Both the position numbers and the translations under genes were made by a program. DNA of 64,000 nucleotides from Pseudomonadota bacterium (GTDB taxonomy: Bacteria > Pseudomonadota > Gammaproteobacteria > JAKAQQ01), in the NCBI GenBank assembly GCA_027338645.1, contig DAHWSH010000002.1, positions 24,510-88,509 of the forward strand. Direction: 5' to 3'. Shown one piece after another: positions 29,733-38,466 of this stretch (position 1 is the first letter of the stretch; each line of letters begins with the position of its first letter). Below the pieces are notes generated by a model. That model was not told the DNA's origin and did not search any database. It saw nothing but the letters and a program-made list of their open reading frames with translations.

Positions 29733-30288
29733 CCTCATCAGGCCGGTTGACGATGACCCGTGCAGGACGCAGGAGACGCCCCCTTAAACGATACCCCTTC
29801 TGAATGACCCGGAGCACGGTTTCGGGGCCGGCTTGCGGCGCAGACTCAGTCCCGATGGCTTCCTGGTATTCCGGGTCAAACGGCTGATGAAGAGGGTCAA
29901 TCTCTTCAACACCTTGTTTTTCAAGTAGTTGTTTGAAAAGCCGGAGTGTCAGTTCGACGCCTTCTTTAAGTCCAGCTCCCGCCTCTCCGGTTGCACTCTG
30001 AAGTCCCAGCTCCAGACTGTCCTTGACGGTCACCAAATCGGTGATAAACCCTTCCAACGCATAGCGATGGGCATTTTCCACCTCCCGCTGCGTCCGCTTC
30101 TTGAGATTCTCGAACTCCGCCGCTACACGAAGATAGCGTTCCCAATTCTCCCGAGCTTTTCGCTCCGCATCCTCAAAACTGGCCTGGAGCTGTCCAATCC
30201 GGTCCGGGTCTGCCGCATCGGCCGAAGCGGACGGCTCGGTGCTTTCCGGACAACCGGGTGGCAAGGTCTGTGGATCTTCCAACATCAC
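29728..30288 (-). CDS. grpE: nucleotide exchange factor GrpE
   Basis: 186 aa with a coiled-coil N-part (RYLRVAAEFENLKKRTQRE) and a C-terminal beta domain (VLRVIQKGYRLRGRLLRPARV). GTG at 30288 or ATG at 30285. Confidence 0.9.
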   Translation of the reverse strand: MMLEDPQTLPPGCPESTEPSASADAADPDRIGQLQASFEDAERKARENWERYLRVAAEFENLKKRTQREVENAHRYALEGFITDLVTVKDSLELGLQSATGEAGAGLKEGVELTLRLFKQLLEKQGVEEIDPLHQPFDPEYQEAIGTESAPQAGPETVLRVIQKGYRLRGRLLRPARVIVNRPDEA

Positions 30289-30388
30289 TCTCCTCTCCAG
30301 CGCGATGAATCACAGCGACGACTGGCCCTGCCTCCCACGCAAGCGAACACCACCGCCAAACCGGAGGAGGCGCAGCCGGGAAGTCAGC

Positions 30389-31447
30389 TCAGTGGTTCTG
30401 CAGCGAGGCGCCGATCAGGTCGGCACTGACCTGGACAATCGGAATGATCTTTTCGTACGGAATCCGCGTCGGTCCGATCACTCCGAGGACCCCCAAAGTC
30501 CGCCCCCCCGCCCGGTACGGCGAGAGAATCACTGAGCAGGGACTCAGGGCATTATACCCGGACTCACTCCCGATATAAATCTGGACCCGGTCTGCACGCA
30601 CGCTGGCGTCAAACAGACGGATGAGATCCCGCTGACGGGCAAGAGTATCGAGAAGATCGCGCAGGCGGGATAAATCTCTCAGTTCATCGAAATCCATGAG
30701 ATTGACCTCTCCACTCACCACCACCTCCGGAGTCGGAGTCAGGGTCTGGGCCAGAATCGTTTCCGCGAGAGACATCGCCTGCTTCATCCAGTCGGAAAGT
30801 CCCGCCCGCGTCTTCTGCAGGTCACCCACCAGTCGTTGGCGGACCGCTTCCAGGTTCCGTCCAACGAACATCTCGTTCAAGAATTGGGCCGCTTGTGCCA
30901 GAAAAGACCGGGAATAGGGGGCCGCGGTTTCAATGAGTCGGTTTTGAACCTCCTGATCATCGGTCAAGAGAACCACCAGGATCCGATGTTCCGACAAAGG
31001 AACAAATTCGATCCGGTTCCAGGACAGCTGGTCCCTTCCGGGAAGAGTCACGACCGCCGCCAAGTGGGTAATCGAGGACAGCAGTTCAGTGGCCGCACTC
31101 CACTGCCCCATCGTGACCGGTTTCTGTTCAAACCCGGTTTTCAGGGTTTCGATCAGTTCCGGGCCCACGGCGGGAGCCTCGATCAGGCTATCCACGAAAA
31201 AGCGGTATCCCAAAACGGTGGGAACCCGTCCGGCCGAGGTGTGAGGGGAATGGATCAGACCCGCATCTTCAAGATCCGCCATGACGTTGCGAATGGTCGC
31301 CGAACTCAAGGCATGGCCGAAATCGCGCGCCAGCGTCCGGGACGCGACCGGTTGCCCGTCCTGAATGTAGTGCTCGATCAGCAACTTCAGTACGGCACGC
31401 GCCCGCTCATCCAGCTCGGGTAATGGAGATCCGGGTGGATTCGTCAT
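30389..31447 (-). CDS. hrcA: heat-inducible transcription repressor HrcA
   Basis: The N-terminal winged helix (RARAVLKLLIEHYIQDGQPVASRTLA...SSATIRNVMADLEDAGLIHSPHTSAGRVPT) is typical of HrcA. 352 aa. Confidence 0.9.
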   Translation of the reverse strand: MTNPPGSPLPELDERARAVLKLLIEHYIQDGQPVASRTLARDFGHALSSATIRNVMADLEDAGLIHSPHTSAGRVPTVLGYRFFVDSLIEAPAVGPELIETLKTGFEQKPVTMGQWSAATELLSSITHLAAVVTLPGRDQLSWNRIEFVPLSEHRILVVLLTDDQEVQNRLIETAAPYSRSFLAQAAQFLNEMFVGRNLEAVRQRLVGDLQKTRAGLSDWMKQAMSLAETILAQTLTPTPEVVVSGEVNLMDFDELRDLSRLRDLLDTLARQRDLIRLFDASVRADRVQIYIGSESGYNALSPCSVILSPYRAGGRTLGVLGVIGPTRIPYEKIIPIVQVSADLIGASLQNH

Positions 31448-31611
31448 CTGGTCGACGGGGAATCCTGTCTAACAGGAGGAAACTGGTTCAAGTTACCATA
31501 AATTGCCGGAGAACACGCACCAGCCGGGTGTTCCGTCAAGCCTCCCGGTTGACCCCGTCGGGAAACCGGGGAAAGTGACGCCCCCCGGGCCGTCTAAGGT
31601 AACATCAGCCC

Positions 31612-32475
31612 ATGCCGACACTCGCACGTGCCTACATTTTCTGCCGGGGAGAGACTCCCGCGTGTCCGTCCGTCCTCGTCACCCTCGAAAGGATTCTCGG
31701 ACAGGCCGGCATACCCATCGTTCAGAAACGTGAAATACCGGGAGTTTCCGGGCAAACCGATCCTCCGCCCAGCGAAGCCGTCTTCGAACCGGGGGACTTT
31801 GCCATCAGTGTCGGGGGGGATGGCACCTTTTTGGCCACCGCCACGGCCACACGGGCGGAGATTCCGATACTGGGCATCAATCTGGGTCGACTGGGTTATC
31901 TCACGGATTTCGCCGCCGATCGGCTCGACCGGGAGCTCCGACCCCTTCTCGAAGGACACTACCAAACCGAAACACGGATCCTCATTCGGGGATGCCTAAA
32001 ACCCGGACCGTCTGAATGGCGTCTCGCCCTGAACGACATCGTCCTGGGAAAGGCCGATGGCGGGAGGATGATCGATATCGAAACCTGGATCGAAGGACGC
32101 TTTGTCTGTGCTCACCGAGCCGATGGACTGATTGTCTCGACACCGAGTGGCTCCACCGCTTACGCCCTTTCCTGCGGCGGGCCGATTCTTCATCCGGAGC
32201 TGTCCTGCCTCGTCATCCTTCCGATTGCCCCTCACAACCTGTCCGACCGCCCACTGGTCATCCCGGGAGAGGCCCAAGTTGAGCTCCGGGTACCGGAGGG
32301 GCAGGCCTCGCGTTGCCTCGTCAACTGGGATGGTTCCGCCACCCGGCGTCTCGACCCCGGAGTCCGGGTCCAGATTAACCGGGCGGATCGTGAACTCAAG
32401 ATCATCCACCCGGCGAGCTACGATCCGATCTCTCGTTTGCGCGAGAAGCTCCATTGGGGCCGGTCCGAGAGTTAG
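31612..32475 (+). CDS. nadK: NAD kinase
   Basis: GGDGTFL, NLGRLGYL and STPSGSTAYALSCGGPI motifs. It is divergent from hrcA and followed by recN, as in many Proteobacteria. Confidence 0.9.
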   Translation: MPTLARAYIFCRGETPACPSVLVTLERILGQAGIPIVQKREIPGVSGQTDPPPSEAVFEPGDFAISVGGDGTFLATATATRAEIPILGINLGRLGYLTDFAADRLDRELRPLLEGHYQTETRILIRGCLKPGPSEWRLALNDIVLGKADGGRMIDIETWIEGRFVCAHRADGLIVSTPSGSTAYALSCGGPILHPELSCLVILPIAPHNLSDRPLVIPGEAQVELRVPEGQASRCLVNWDGSATRRLDPGVRVQINRADRELKIIHPASYDPISRLREKLHWGRSES

Positions 32476-32477
32476 GC

Positions 32478-34160
32478 ATGCTGGCCAGCCTCGAAATCCG
32501 AAACTATGCCCTGATCAGCCAACTGGAACTGGACTTCGAACCGGGACTGACGGTGCTCACGGGGGAGACCGGAGCCGGCAAGTCGATCCTGATCGAGGCG
32601 TTGGGACTGGCCTTGGGCGGACGAGCCGACAGTGTGGTGGTCGGCCCTGAGCGGGATGAAAGCGCAATCACCGCCCTGTTCCGGCCTGGAAAGCGCTCCC
32701 AGGCTGAGTGCTGGCTTCGGGAGCAAGGCCTGGGCGACGGTGAGGAATGTACCCTCCGGCGTTTGGTTTACCGGGACGGAAAACCCTCGCGGGCCTATGT
32801 CAACGGACATCCCGTAACGTTGCAGATGCTTGGTCAGTTCAGTGACTTGTTGGTCGATCTTCATGGACAGCATGAGCATCAGTCCCTCACCCGTCGCGAG
32901 ACCCAGATGATGCTACTTGACGTCTTCGGCGGTCTTTCCGCTCAGGTCCAAGACATCCAGTCTCGCTATAGCGGATGGCACAAAGCCCGTCTCGCCCTTG
33001 AAGCACAGGAAAACCAGACTGCGACGTCCGAGTCGGAAGCGGCAACCGTCCGGGACCGATTGGAGCAGCTCGTGTCGCTGGACCCGCGGGCCGGAGAGTT
33101 CGAGCACCTGTCCGAGTCCCAGAAGCGGTTTGACCATCTTGAACGCATCCGTCAGGGACTGCTCGCCATCCGGAAGTTGCTCACCGGCGGGGAGGATCCC
33201 CAGGCCCCCGGATGTGAACCGCTTCTGGGCCGAGCCCAAAGGGAGCTTCGGCCACTCCTGTCTCTGGATCCCGGTCTTGAAATCCTCGCTGGCCGGATCG
33301 ACACGACCCTGGAGGCCATCGGTCAATGTGAAGAGACACTCGACCAGTATGAGAGCCGCGTCGAGATCGATGCCGCCAACATGGAATCCACCCGGCAACG
33401 CTTTGACCGCTATCAGGAACTGGCCTACCGCTTTCACCTGCGACCCGAGGGTCTTGTGGAAGCACTGGAGGAGACGCGGCGCCGAGCAGAAGTCCTGGCC
33501 GTGGGTTCTGGCCTCCTCGAACGCTACCGGGCCGAGACGGTAGCGGCTGAACAGCACTATCAAAAAGCGGCCCAGGAACTATCACGGGAGCGTCGGGATG
33601 CAGCAACCCGGCTGGAGGAAGCCGTGAACCGCCTGCTTCCTGAGTTCGGGATGTCGGGCGCCCGTCTCTCCGTAAACTTCGAGTCAACGCCCCCGGGACC
33701 CCGTGGCCTCGAATCGATCCGGCTGGATTTCAGGAGTCATGCCGACCAGCCCATCCTGCCTCTGGTCAAAATCGCTTCCGGTGGCGAGTTATCCCGTCTG
33801 GCCCTGGCCCTCCAGCTGGGCTCGGCCCACGCCCAATGGATCCCGACACTGATCTTTGATGAAATCGATTCCGGAATCGGCGGTCGCGTCGCCGAACGGG
33901 TCGGACTCAAACTCCGGGCTCTGGCCGGGCACCGGCAGGTCTTTTGCATCACCCACCTGCCTCAGGTCGCCTGCCAGGGACATCACCATCTCCGGGTGGT
34001 CAAGGAAAGCCGACGCGGAGTCACTCGAACCCAGATCGTTCCCCTGGATCCCAAATCGCGGGAACAGGAGGTTGCGCGCATGCTGGCCGGCGAGGAAGTC
34101 ACCGACGCGGCTGTCCGCCATGCCCGTGAACTCATCGACCGGGCACAAAAAACGCCCTGA
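32478..34160 (+). CDS. recN: DNA repair protein RecN
   Basis: MLASLEIRNYALISQLELDFEPGLTVLTGETGAGKSILIEAL (SMC-type Walker A), a long coiled coil, the signature ASGGELSRLALAL, and Walker B LIFDEIDSGIGG. The ATG at 32478 is 2 nt after the nadK stop. Confidence 0.95.
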   Translation: MLASLEIRNYALISQLELDFEPGLTVLTGETGAGKSILIEALGLALGGRADSVVVGPERDESAITALFRPGKRSQAECWLREQGLGDGEECTLRRLVYRDGKPSRAYVNGHPVTLQMLGQFSDLLVDLHGQHEHQSLTRRETQMMLLDVFGGLSAQVQDIQSRYSGWHKARLALEAQENQTATSESEAATVRDRLEQLVSLDPRAGEFEHLSESQKRFDHLERIRQGLLAIRKLLTGGEDPQAPGCEPLLGRAQRELRPLLSLDPGLEILAGRIDTTLEAIGQCEETLDQYESRVEIDAANMESTRQRFDRYQELAYRFHLRPEGLVEALEETRRRAEVLAVGSGLLERYRAETVAAEQHYQKAAQELSRERRDAATRLEEAVNRLLPEFGMSGARLSVNFESTPPGPRGLESIRLDFRSHADQPILPLVKIASGGELSRLALALQLGSAHAQWIPTLIFDEIDSGIGGRVAERVGLKLRALAGHRQVFCITHLPQVACQGHHHLRVVKESRRGVTRTQIVPLDPKSREQEVARMLAGEEVTDAAVRHARELIDRAQKTP

Positions 34161-34204
34161 TCGGTTATGATGGCCGCTCCTCCCAGCGCCTCTGGCCGTC
34201 ACCG

Positions 34205-34555
34205 ATGAGTTTTCGCAACCGGTTATTGCTGTTGGGTTCGTGTGCGATCGGACTGGTCGGCTGCAGTTTGGTCTATATCGCGCCCATGCACCAGGGTAAT
34301 TATCTTTCACCCGCGATGATGCATGAGCTCAAGGTCGGTATGACCCAATCGCAGGTCACCTACCTTCTGGGTCCGCCAGCGCTCAAAAACCCCTTTTCTG
34401 CCCATCGCTGGGTGTACATCTACTACCGGAAGGCCGGCCACTTTTCATCCGCCCGGCTTCGTCATCTTTGGATCGTGTTTCATCAAGGGCGGGTCGTCCG
34501 GATTCAACGCCGGCCGGGTCTCCAAACGGCAAAACCAAAGCCGGGGTCTCACTGA
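34205..34555 (+). CDS. bamE: outer-membrane protein assembly factor BamE (lipoprotein)
   Basis: Lipobox LVGC, followed by QGNYLSPAMMHELKVGMTQSQVTYLLGPP, typical of SmpA/OmlA. It is positioned after recN, as in E. coli. Confidence 0.85.
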   Translation: MSFRNRLLLLGSCAIGLVGCSLVYIAPMHQGNYLSPAMMHELKVGMTQSQVTYLLGPPALKNPFSAHRWVYIYYRKAGHFSSARLRHLWIVFHQGRVVRIQRRPGLQTAKPKPGSH

Positions 34556-34836
34556 CTGACTGGCTTCGCCCTTCGCCCCAACCGCTTGAGCCGCAGGTCT
34601 CCCGGACGGATCGTGAGTGACTTGAGAAACTCAACCCGATCCATCGGCCGAAGAACCGTGTCGAAACTGATCTGCCGGCCTTCCACGGCGATCCCTCCAC
34701 CCGCAGCAAGCCAGCGCTCGGCAAAATCTTGAAGCCCAGCCATCCCAAGCGCATCGGTCAGAGTCGATCCCACGGTCAGAGTCAGTATCCGCCGGCACTC
34801 GGCTTCCCCCTTCATCCAGACCATCTCAATCCACAT
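34549..34836 (-). CDS. rnfH: RnfH family ubiquitin-fold protein
   Basis: About 95 aa from the ATG at 34836 ([30 protein letters not shown]...DRVEFLKSL). It lies downstream of ratA, as in E. coli (yfjF). Confidence 0.75.
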   Translation of the reverse strand: MWIEMVWMKGEAECRRILTLTVGSTLTDALGMAGLQDFAERWLAAGGGIAVEGRQISFDTVLRPMDRVEFLKSLTIRPGDLRLKRLGRRAKPVSQ

Positions 34837-35293
34837 GGCGGCCCTCCGGGTATCTTCTCCGGGCTTCTTCCACAAAGGCATCGGTCAAAGTCTCCATGGC
34901 TTCACCGATCAAGGGAGCAACCAGATGCCCCATCATGCGACTGCCTGTCACAAAGGACAGATCGAGTCGGACCTCGCACTGTCCAGAGCCTACAGGTTCG
35001 AACCTCCAGGTCCCGTCCAGTTCGCGCAAAGGTCCCTCGACCAGCTTCATGCGAATCTGGTCAGGGAAATGGTTCGAGTTACGGGTCCTCAACCGATACC
35101 GGAGGGGCCCCCACGCGAGGCCCATCTCCGCCAAGACGATTTCACATCCCTCAACTTCCACTTCTTTCCCGAGGATGCTCGCAGTCGCACACCAAGGCAA
35201 AAACCGGGAATAGGATGGAACATCTGCAACGAGCCGGTACATTTCCTCGATGCGACACGGGACACGAGCACGTCTTTGAATATTCCGCAACAC
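34826..35293 (-). CDS. ratA: SRPBCC/START-fold protein, RatA (Coq10-like) family
   Basis: 155 aa ([14 protein letters not shown]...). It is divergent from smpB, the conserved ratA-rnfH/smpB arrangement. Confidence 0.8.
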   Translation of the reverse strand: MLRNIQRRARVPCRIEEMYRLVADVPSYSRFLPWCATASILGKEVEVEGCEIVLAEMGLAWGPLRYRLRTRNSNHFPDQIRMKLVEGPLRELDGTWRFEPVGSGQCEVRLDLSFVTGSRMMGHLVAPLIGEAMETLTDAFVEEARRRYPEGRHVD

Positions 35294-35336
35294 GGGGCAG
35301 GGATCGTCTCAGGAAGTGCCCCCGTATAATGCCATC

Positions 35337-35822
35337 ATGAAGGATCAGACGCCGAGATCACAGGCCCCGCCCCGGGTTGAAAACCGCAGGGCACGCCACG
35401 ACTACTCCATCGAGGAACGCTACGAAGCCGGTCTGGTGCTCGAAGGGTGGGAAGTCAAAGCCCTGAGGGCGGGGCGCATCCAGATCCGGGACAGCTATGC
35501 CATCGTCAAGAATGGTGCCATTTGGCTGATTGGAAGCCAGATTGCCCCGCTGCCCACCGTCTCCACTCACCGGACCGTCGACCCGGAGCGAACACGCAAG
35601 CTACTCCTTCACCAACGGGAAATCGACACCCTACGCGGAGCCGTTGAACGACGCGGACTGACCCTGGTTCCCTTGCGGTTGTATTGGAAGCACGGCCGGG
35701 CCAAACTGGAACTGGGCCTGGCGCGGGGCAAAAAACTCCACGACAAGCGGCGAAGCGAGCGGGAAAGGGACTGGGCCAGGCAAAAAGCCCGACTCTTGCG
35801 TCATGAACGCCCTTCTTCTTGA
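35337..35822 (+). CDS. smpB: SsrA-binding protein SmpB
   Basis: [31 protein letters not shown]...LLLHQREI... aligns with E. coli SmpB from the ATG at 35337. Confidence 0.95.
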   Translation: MKDQTPRSQAPPRVENRRARHDYSIEERYEAGLVLEGWEVKALRAGRIQIRDSYAIVKNGAIWLIGSQIAPLPTVSTHRTVDPERTRKLLLHQREIDTLRGAVERRGLTLVPLRLYWKHGRAKLELGLARGKKLHDKRRSERERDWARQKARLLRHERPSS

Positions 35823-35835
35823 TGAGCCCGCGGGG

Positions 35836-36699
35836 TCAGGACCCGCAGACGACCGGACGTGATCCCGGACGGATCCACTCACTGTAGGAACCGGCATAGA
35901 GCCGTGATCCCGTGAGCCCGGCCCATTCCATCGCCAGTAATGTCTGGCAGGCAGTCACCCCGGAACCGCAGGAATGGATCACCTCCCGTGGGGGGCGTGC
36001 CCCCAGGGCGTCGGCAAAACGCCGGCGGAGCTCGCCCGGGTCGAGGAAACGCCCATCGGGAGCCAGTGTCTCCAAGTAACAGAGATTGACAGCGCCCGGG
36101 ATGTGCCCCGGTACGGTGTCGATGGGCTCCTCAAGTCCCTGATAGCGGGCAGACTGGCGTACATCCAGGAGCAGTCCCTCGACCTGACCCGCCACAATGG
36201 CTTCGATGGCTGGAGTGGTCAGCCACATACTGGAGTCAGGCCGTGGTTCGAAAGACTTCGGCCGCACCGGCGAGGGATTGCCGGACTCGATCGGCCCCCC
36301 ACTGTCGACCCAAGCCGACCAGCCTCCATCGAGAACGGACACGTTCGACAAACCGAGCCAGCGCGCAAGCCACCATAAGCGAGCTGCGAAGGGTCCCGTG
36401 GTTTGGTCGTAGGCCACAACCCGTGCCTCCCGGTCAACACCGGCCTGACCCAGCCAACGCGCCAGTGCAAAGGGGTCGGGCAAGGGATGCCTTCCGCTCC
36501 TTTCCGTCATGGGACCCGAGAGAACCCGGTCGAGATGGGCATACCGAGCTCCCGGGATATGCCCGTTTTCCCAGCTCCGCTCCCCCCAACCGGGGTCCTC
36601 GAGCCGGAACCGGCAATCGAACAGGCACACACCCGTCTGGTCGATCCACGCTTTCAGGGTCTTCCCGTCAATCACGGCCGGGCTGGCGGCAGATCCCAT
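35836..36699 (-). CDS. sseA: 3-mercaptopyruvate/thiosulfate sulfurtransferase (tandem rhodanese)
   Basis: Two rhodanese domains. The active-site loop is HSCGSGVTAC in the C-terminal domain. ATG at 36699. Confidence 0.85.
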   Translation of the reverse strand: MGSAASPAVIDGKTLKAWIDQTGVCLFDCRFRLEDPGWGERSWENGHIPGARYAHLDRVLSGPMTERSGRHPLPDPFALARWLGQAGVDREARVVAYDQTTGPFAARLWWLARWLGLSNVSVLDGGWSAWVDSGGPIESGNPSPVRPKSFEPRPDSSMWLTTPAIEAIVAGQVEGLLLDVRQSARYQGLEEPIDTVPGHIPGAVNLCYLETLAPDGRFLDPGELRRRFADALGARPPREVIHSCGSGVTACQTLLAMEWAGLTGSRLYAGSYSEWIRPGSRPVVCGS

Positions 36700-36759
36700 C
36701 ACCGATTCCCATTTTGAGCACCGCATGAGAGTATATAGCGAAGGTTGGAGAAGCCCAAG

Positions 36760-37638
36760 ATGTCGACGTCTACCCCTTTCTTTACATTGAAAGACCGGGT
36801 TTTGCTGATCACGGGAGCGAGCCGCGGCATCGGGCGTGCGATTGCCCTACGGGCCGCTCGCGAGGGTGCCCGGATCGGAATTCTTGCAAAAACCCAGACC
36901 CCGCACCCGCACTTGCCCGGAACCATCGAAACCGTAGCCCGTGAGGTCCGGGAGCTAGGCGCCCAGGCATTGCCGATTGCGACAGATATCCGCGATGCGG
37001 ACGCCGTCGAAGCTGCCGTTTCCCGCGTGGTCAGCGAGTGGGGCCGATTGGATATTCTCGTGAACAACGCCAGTGCCATTGCACTGGGTGGGCTCGCCGA
37101 AATCCCAGTCAAAAAGTTGGATTTACTCTGGTCCGTCAATGCCCGAGGGACCTACCTCTGTACCCGCGCTGCCTTGCCCCACCTCCGGAAGGCCGAGAAC
37201 CCGCATGTGCTCGTGCTCGCCCCACCTCCCAGCCTGGATCCGCACTGGTTCTCAGGGCATCTGGCCTATACCCTGACTAAAATGGGGATGAGCTTTTGCG
37301 TCCTCGGACTGTCCCAGGAACTGGCCCGGGAAGGCATTGCCGTCAATGCCCTTTGGCCCAAAACGATCATCGCGACCCAGGCCCTGACCCAGCTGGGCGG
37401 GCCCATCCGGCCGGAAAATTGTCGCAAGCCGGAGATCGTCGCCGATGCCGCGGTGGAAATCCTTAAACGACCCGCACAAACGACAACCGGACAGTTTTTC
37501 ATCGACGAGACGGTACTGGAGGAAGCCGGAATCACCGATTTCGCGCGTTATGCCGTGTCTCCCGGTGCACCGTTGCTACCGGATCTTTTTCTTCCGGAAT
37601 TTCTGAGGCAGTTCGATCGGGAAACGGAATCCGGCTGA
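36760..37638 (+). CDS. SDR family NAD(P)-dependent oxidoreductase
   Basis: Cofactor motif ITGASRGIGRAIA, NNAS, and the YxxxK-like catalytic region AYTLTKMG. ATG at 36760 or TTG at 36745. Confidence 0.8.
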   Translation: MSTSTPFFTLKDRVLLITGASRGIGRAIALRAAREGARIGILAKTQTPHPHLPGTIETVAREVRELGAQALPIATDIRDADAVEAAVSRVVSEWGRLDILVNNASAIALGGLAEIPVKKLDLLWSVNARGTYLCTRAALPHLRKAENPHVLVLAPPPSLDPHWFSGHLAYTLTKMGMSFCVLGLSQELAREGIAVNALWPKTIIATQALTQLGGPIRPENCRKPEIVADAAVEILKRPAQTTTGQFFIDETVLEEAGITDFARYAVSPGAPLLPDLFLPEFLRQFDRETESG

Positions 37639-37684
37639 ACCGAGCGGCCTCCCCAGCCGGTCCGGAAAGGCCAAGACCACTCAA

Positions 37685-37761
37685 TGGTCGGGGTGAGAGG
37701 ATTTGAACCTCCGACCACCTGCACCCCATGCAGGTGCGCTACCAGGCTGCGCTACACCCCG
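37685..37761 (-). tRNA. tRNA-Pro (anticodon GGG), 77 nt including encoded CCA
   Basis: The reverse complement reads CGGGGTGTAGCGCAGCCTGGTAGCGCACCTGCATGGGGTGCAGGTGGTCGGAGGTTCAAATCCTCTCACCCCGACCA. It folds into a clean cloverleaf by hand. Confidence 0.9.
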
Positions 37762-37781
37762 AATGATCCCGTGCTGAACCT

Positions 37782-38150
37782 TCAGCTTCTCAAGAGCTTC
37801 AGCAGATCTTCCAGTTCCATGCGCAACTGCTTGACGATCTGAGTGCTGTGATGCATGTCCTGCTGCATCCCATCCCCGCCCAGCTGCTGACGCGCACCTC
37901 CAATCGTATACCCGTGCTCATAGAGAAGGCTTCTGATCTGGCGGATCAGAATCAGATCCTGACGCTGGTAATATCGCCGGTTGCCCTTGCGCTTGACCGG
38001 CCGCAACTGGCTGAATTCCTGCTCCCAATACCGGAGAACATGCGGTTTGACCTGGCAGAGATCACTGACCTCCCCGATCGTGAAGTAACGCTTCGCAGGG
38101 ATTGGGGCCAGTTCAAGCCTATTCTCTGCTTCCAGCATAACCATCGACAC
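37782..38150 (-). CDS. MerR family transcriptional regulator (conserved partner downstream of ihfA)
   Basis: HTH segment [25 protein letters not shown]..., [19 protein letters not shown]. Same position as the MerR-like gene after ihfA in Pseudomonas. Confidence 0.8.
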   Translation of the reverse strand: MSMVMLEAENRLELAPIPAKRYFTIGEVSDLCQVKPHVLRYWEQEFSQLRPVKRKGNRRYYQRQDLILIRQIRSLLYEHGYTIGGARQQLGGDGMQQDMHHSTQIVKQLRMELEDLLKLLRS

Positions 38151-38466
38151 GGGTCCTCAGTTTCTGGCCGGGATGAAAGGTGATAACCCGGCGCGCGGAG
38201 ATGGGGATCTCCTCACCGGTTTTGGGGTTCCGACCCGGCCGCTGGTTCTTGTCGCGGAGATCGAAATTCCCGAAGCTGGACAGATGGACGCAATGACCTT
38301 CGAACAGGGCGGCCTTGATCGCATCAAAGAACAGATCCACGAGTTCACGTGATTCTCGTTTGTTGATCCCGAGCTCGCCATTCAAGGCAGCTGCCAAGTT
38401 CGCCTTGGTCAAGGCGGTTGATTTACCTTCGGAGTCTACCACGGAACTCTCCCTCAATGAGGACAA
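38119..38466 (-). CDS. ihfA: integration host factor subunit alpha
   Basis: [46 protein letters not shown] is nearly identical to E. coli IhfA. The start is uncertain: the ATG at 38466 overlaps the pheT end, and GTG at 38442 is an alternative. Confidence 0.9.
   Translation of the reverse strand: MSSLRESSVVDSEGKSTALTKANLAAALNGELGINKRESRELVDLFFDAIKAALFEGHCVHLSSFGNFDLRDKNQRPGRNPKTGEEIPISARRVITFHPGQKLRTRVDGYAGSRE

Noticed and set aside
31463-31475. CCTGTCTAACAGG palindrome upstream of hrcA, considered as a LexA (SOS) box for the nearby recN
   Set aside because: It is CTGT-N3-ACAG rather than the gammaproteobacterial CTGT-N8-ACAG. It is also on the wrong side of nadK relative to recN. I saw no SOS box upstream of recN or uvrB either.
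35823-35836. Expected tmRNA gene (ssrA) downstream of smpB, as in E. coli
   Set aside because: Only 13 nt separate smpB from the convergent sseA gene. No gap in the window (the largest is about 180 nt) could hold a tmRNA of about 360 nt, RNase P RNA or rRNA. I also saw no 4.5S or 6S-like conserved motifs in the gaps.
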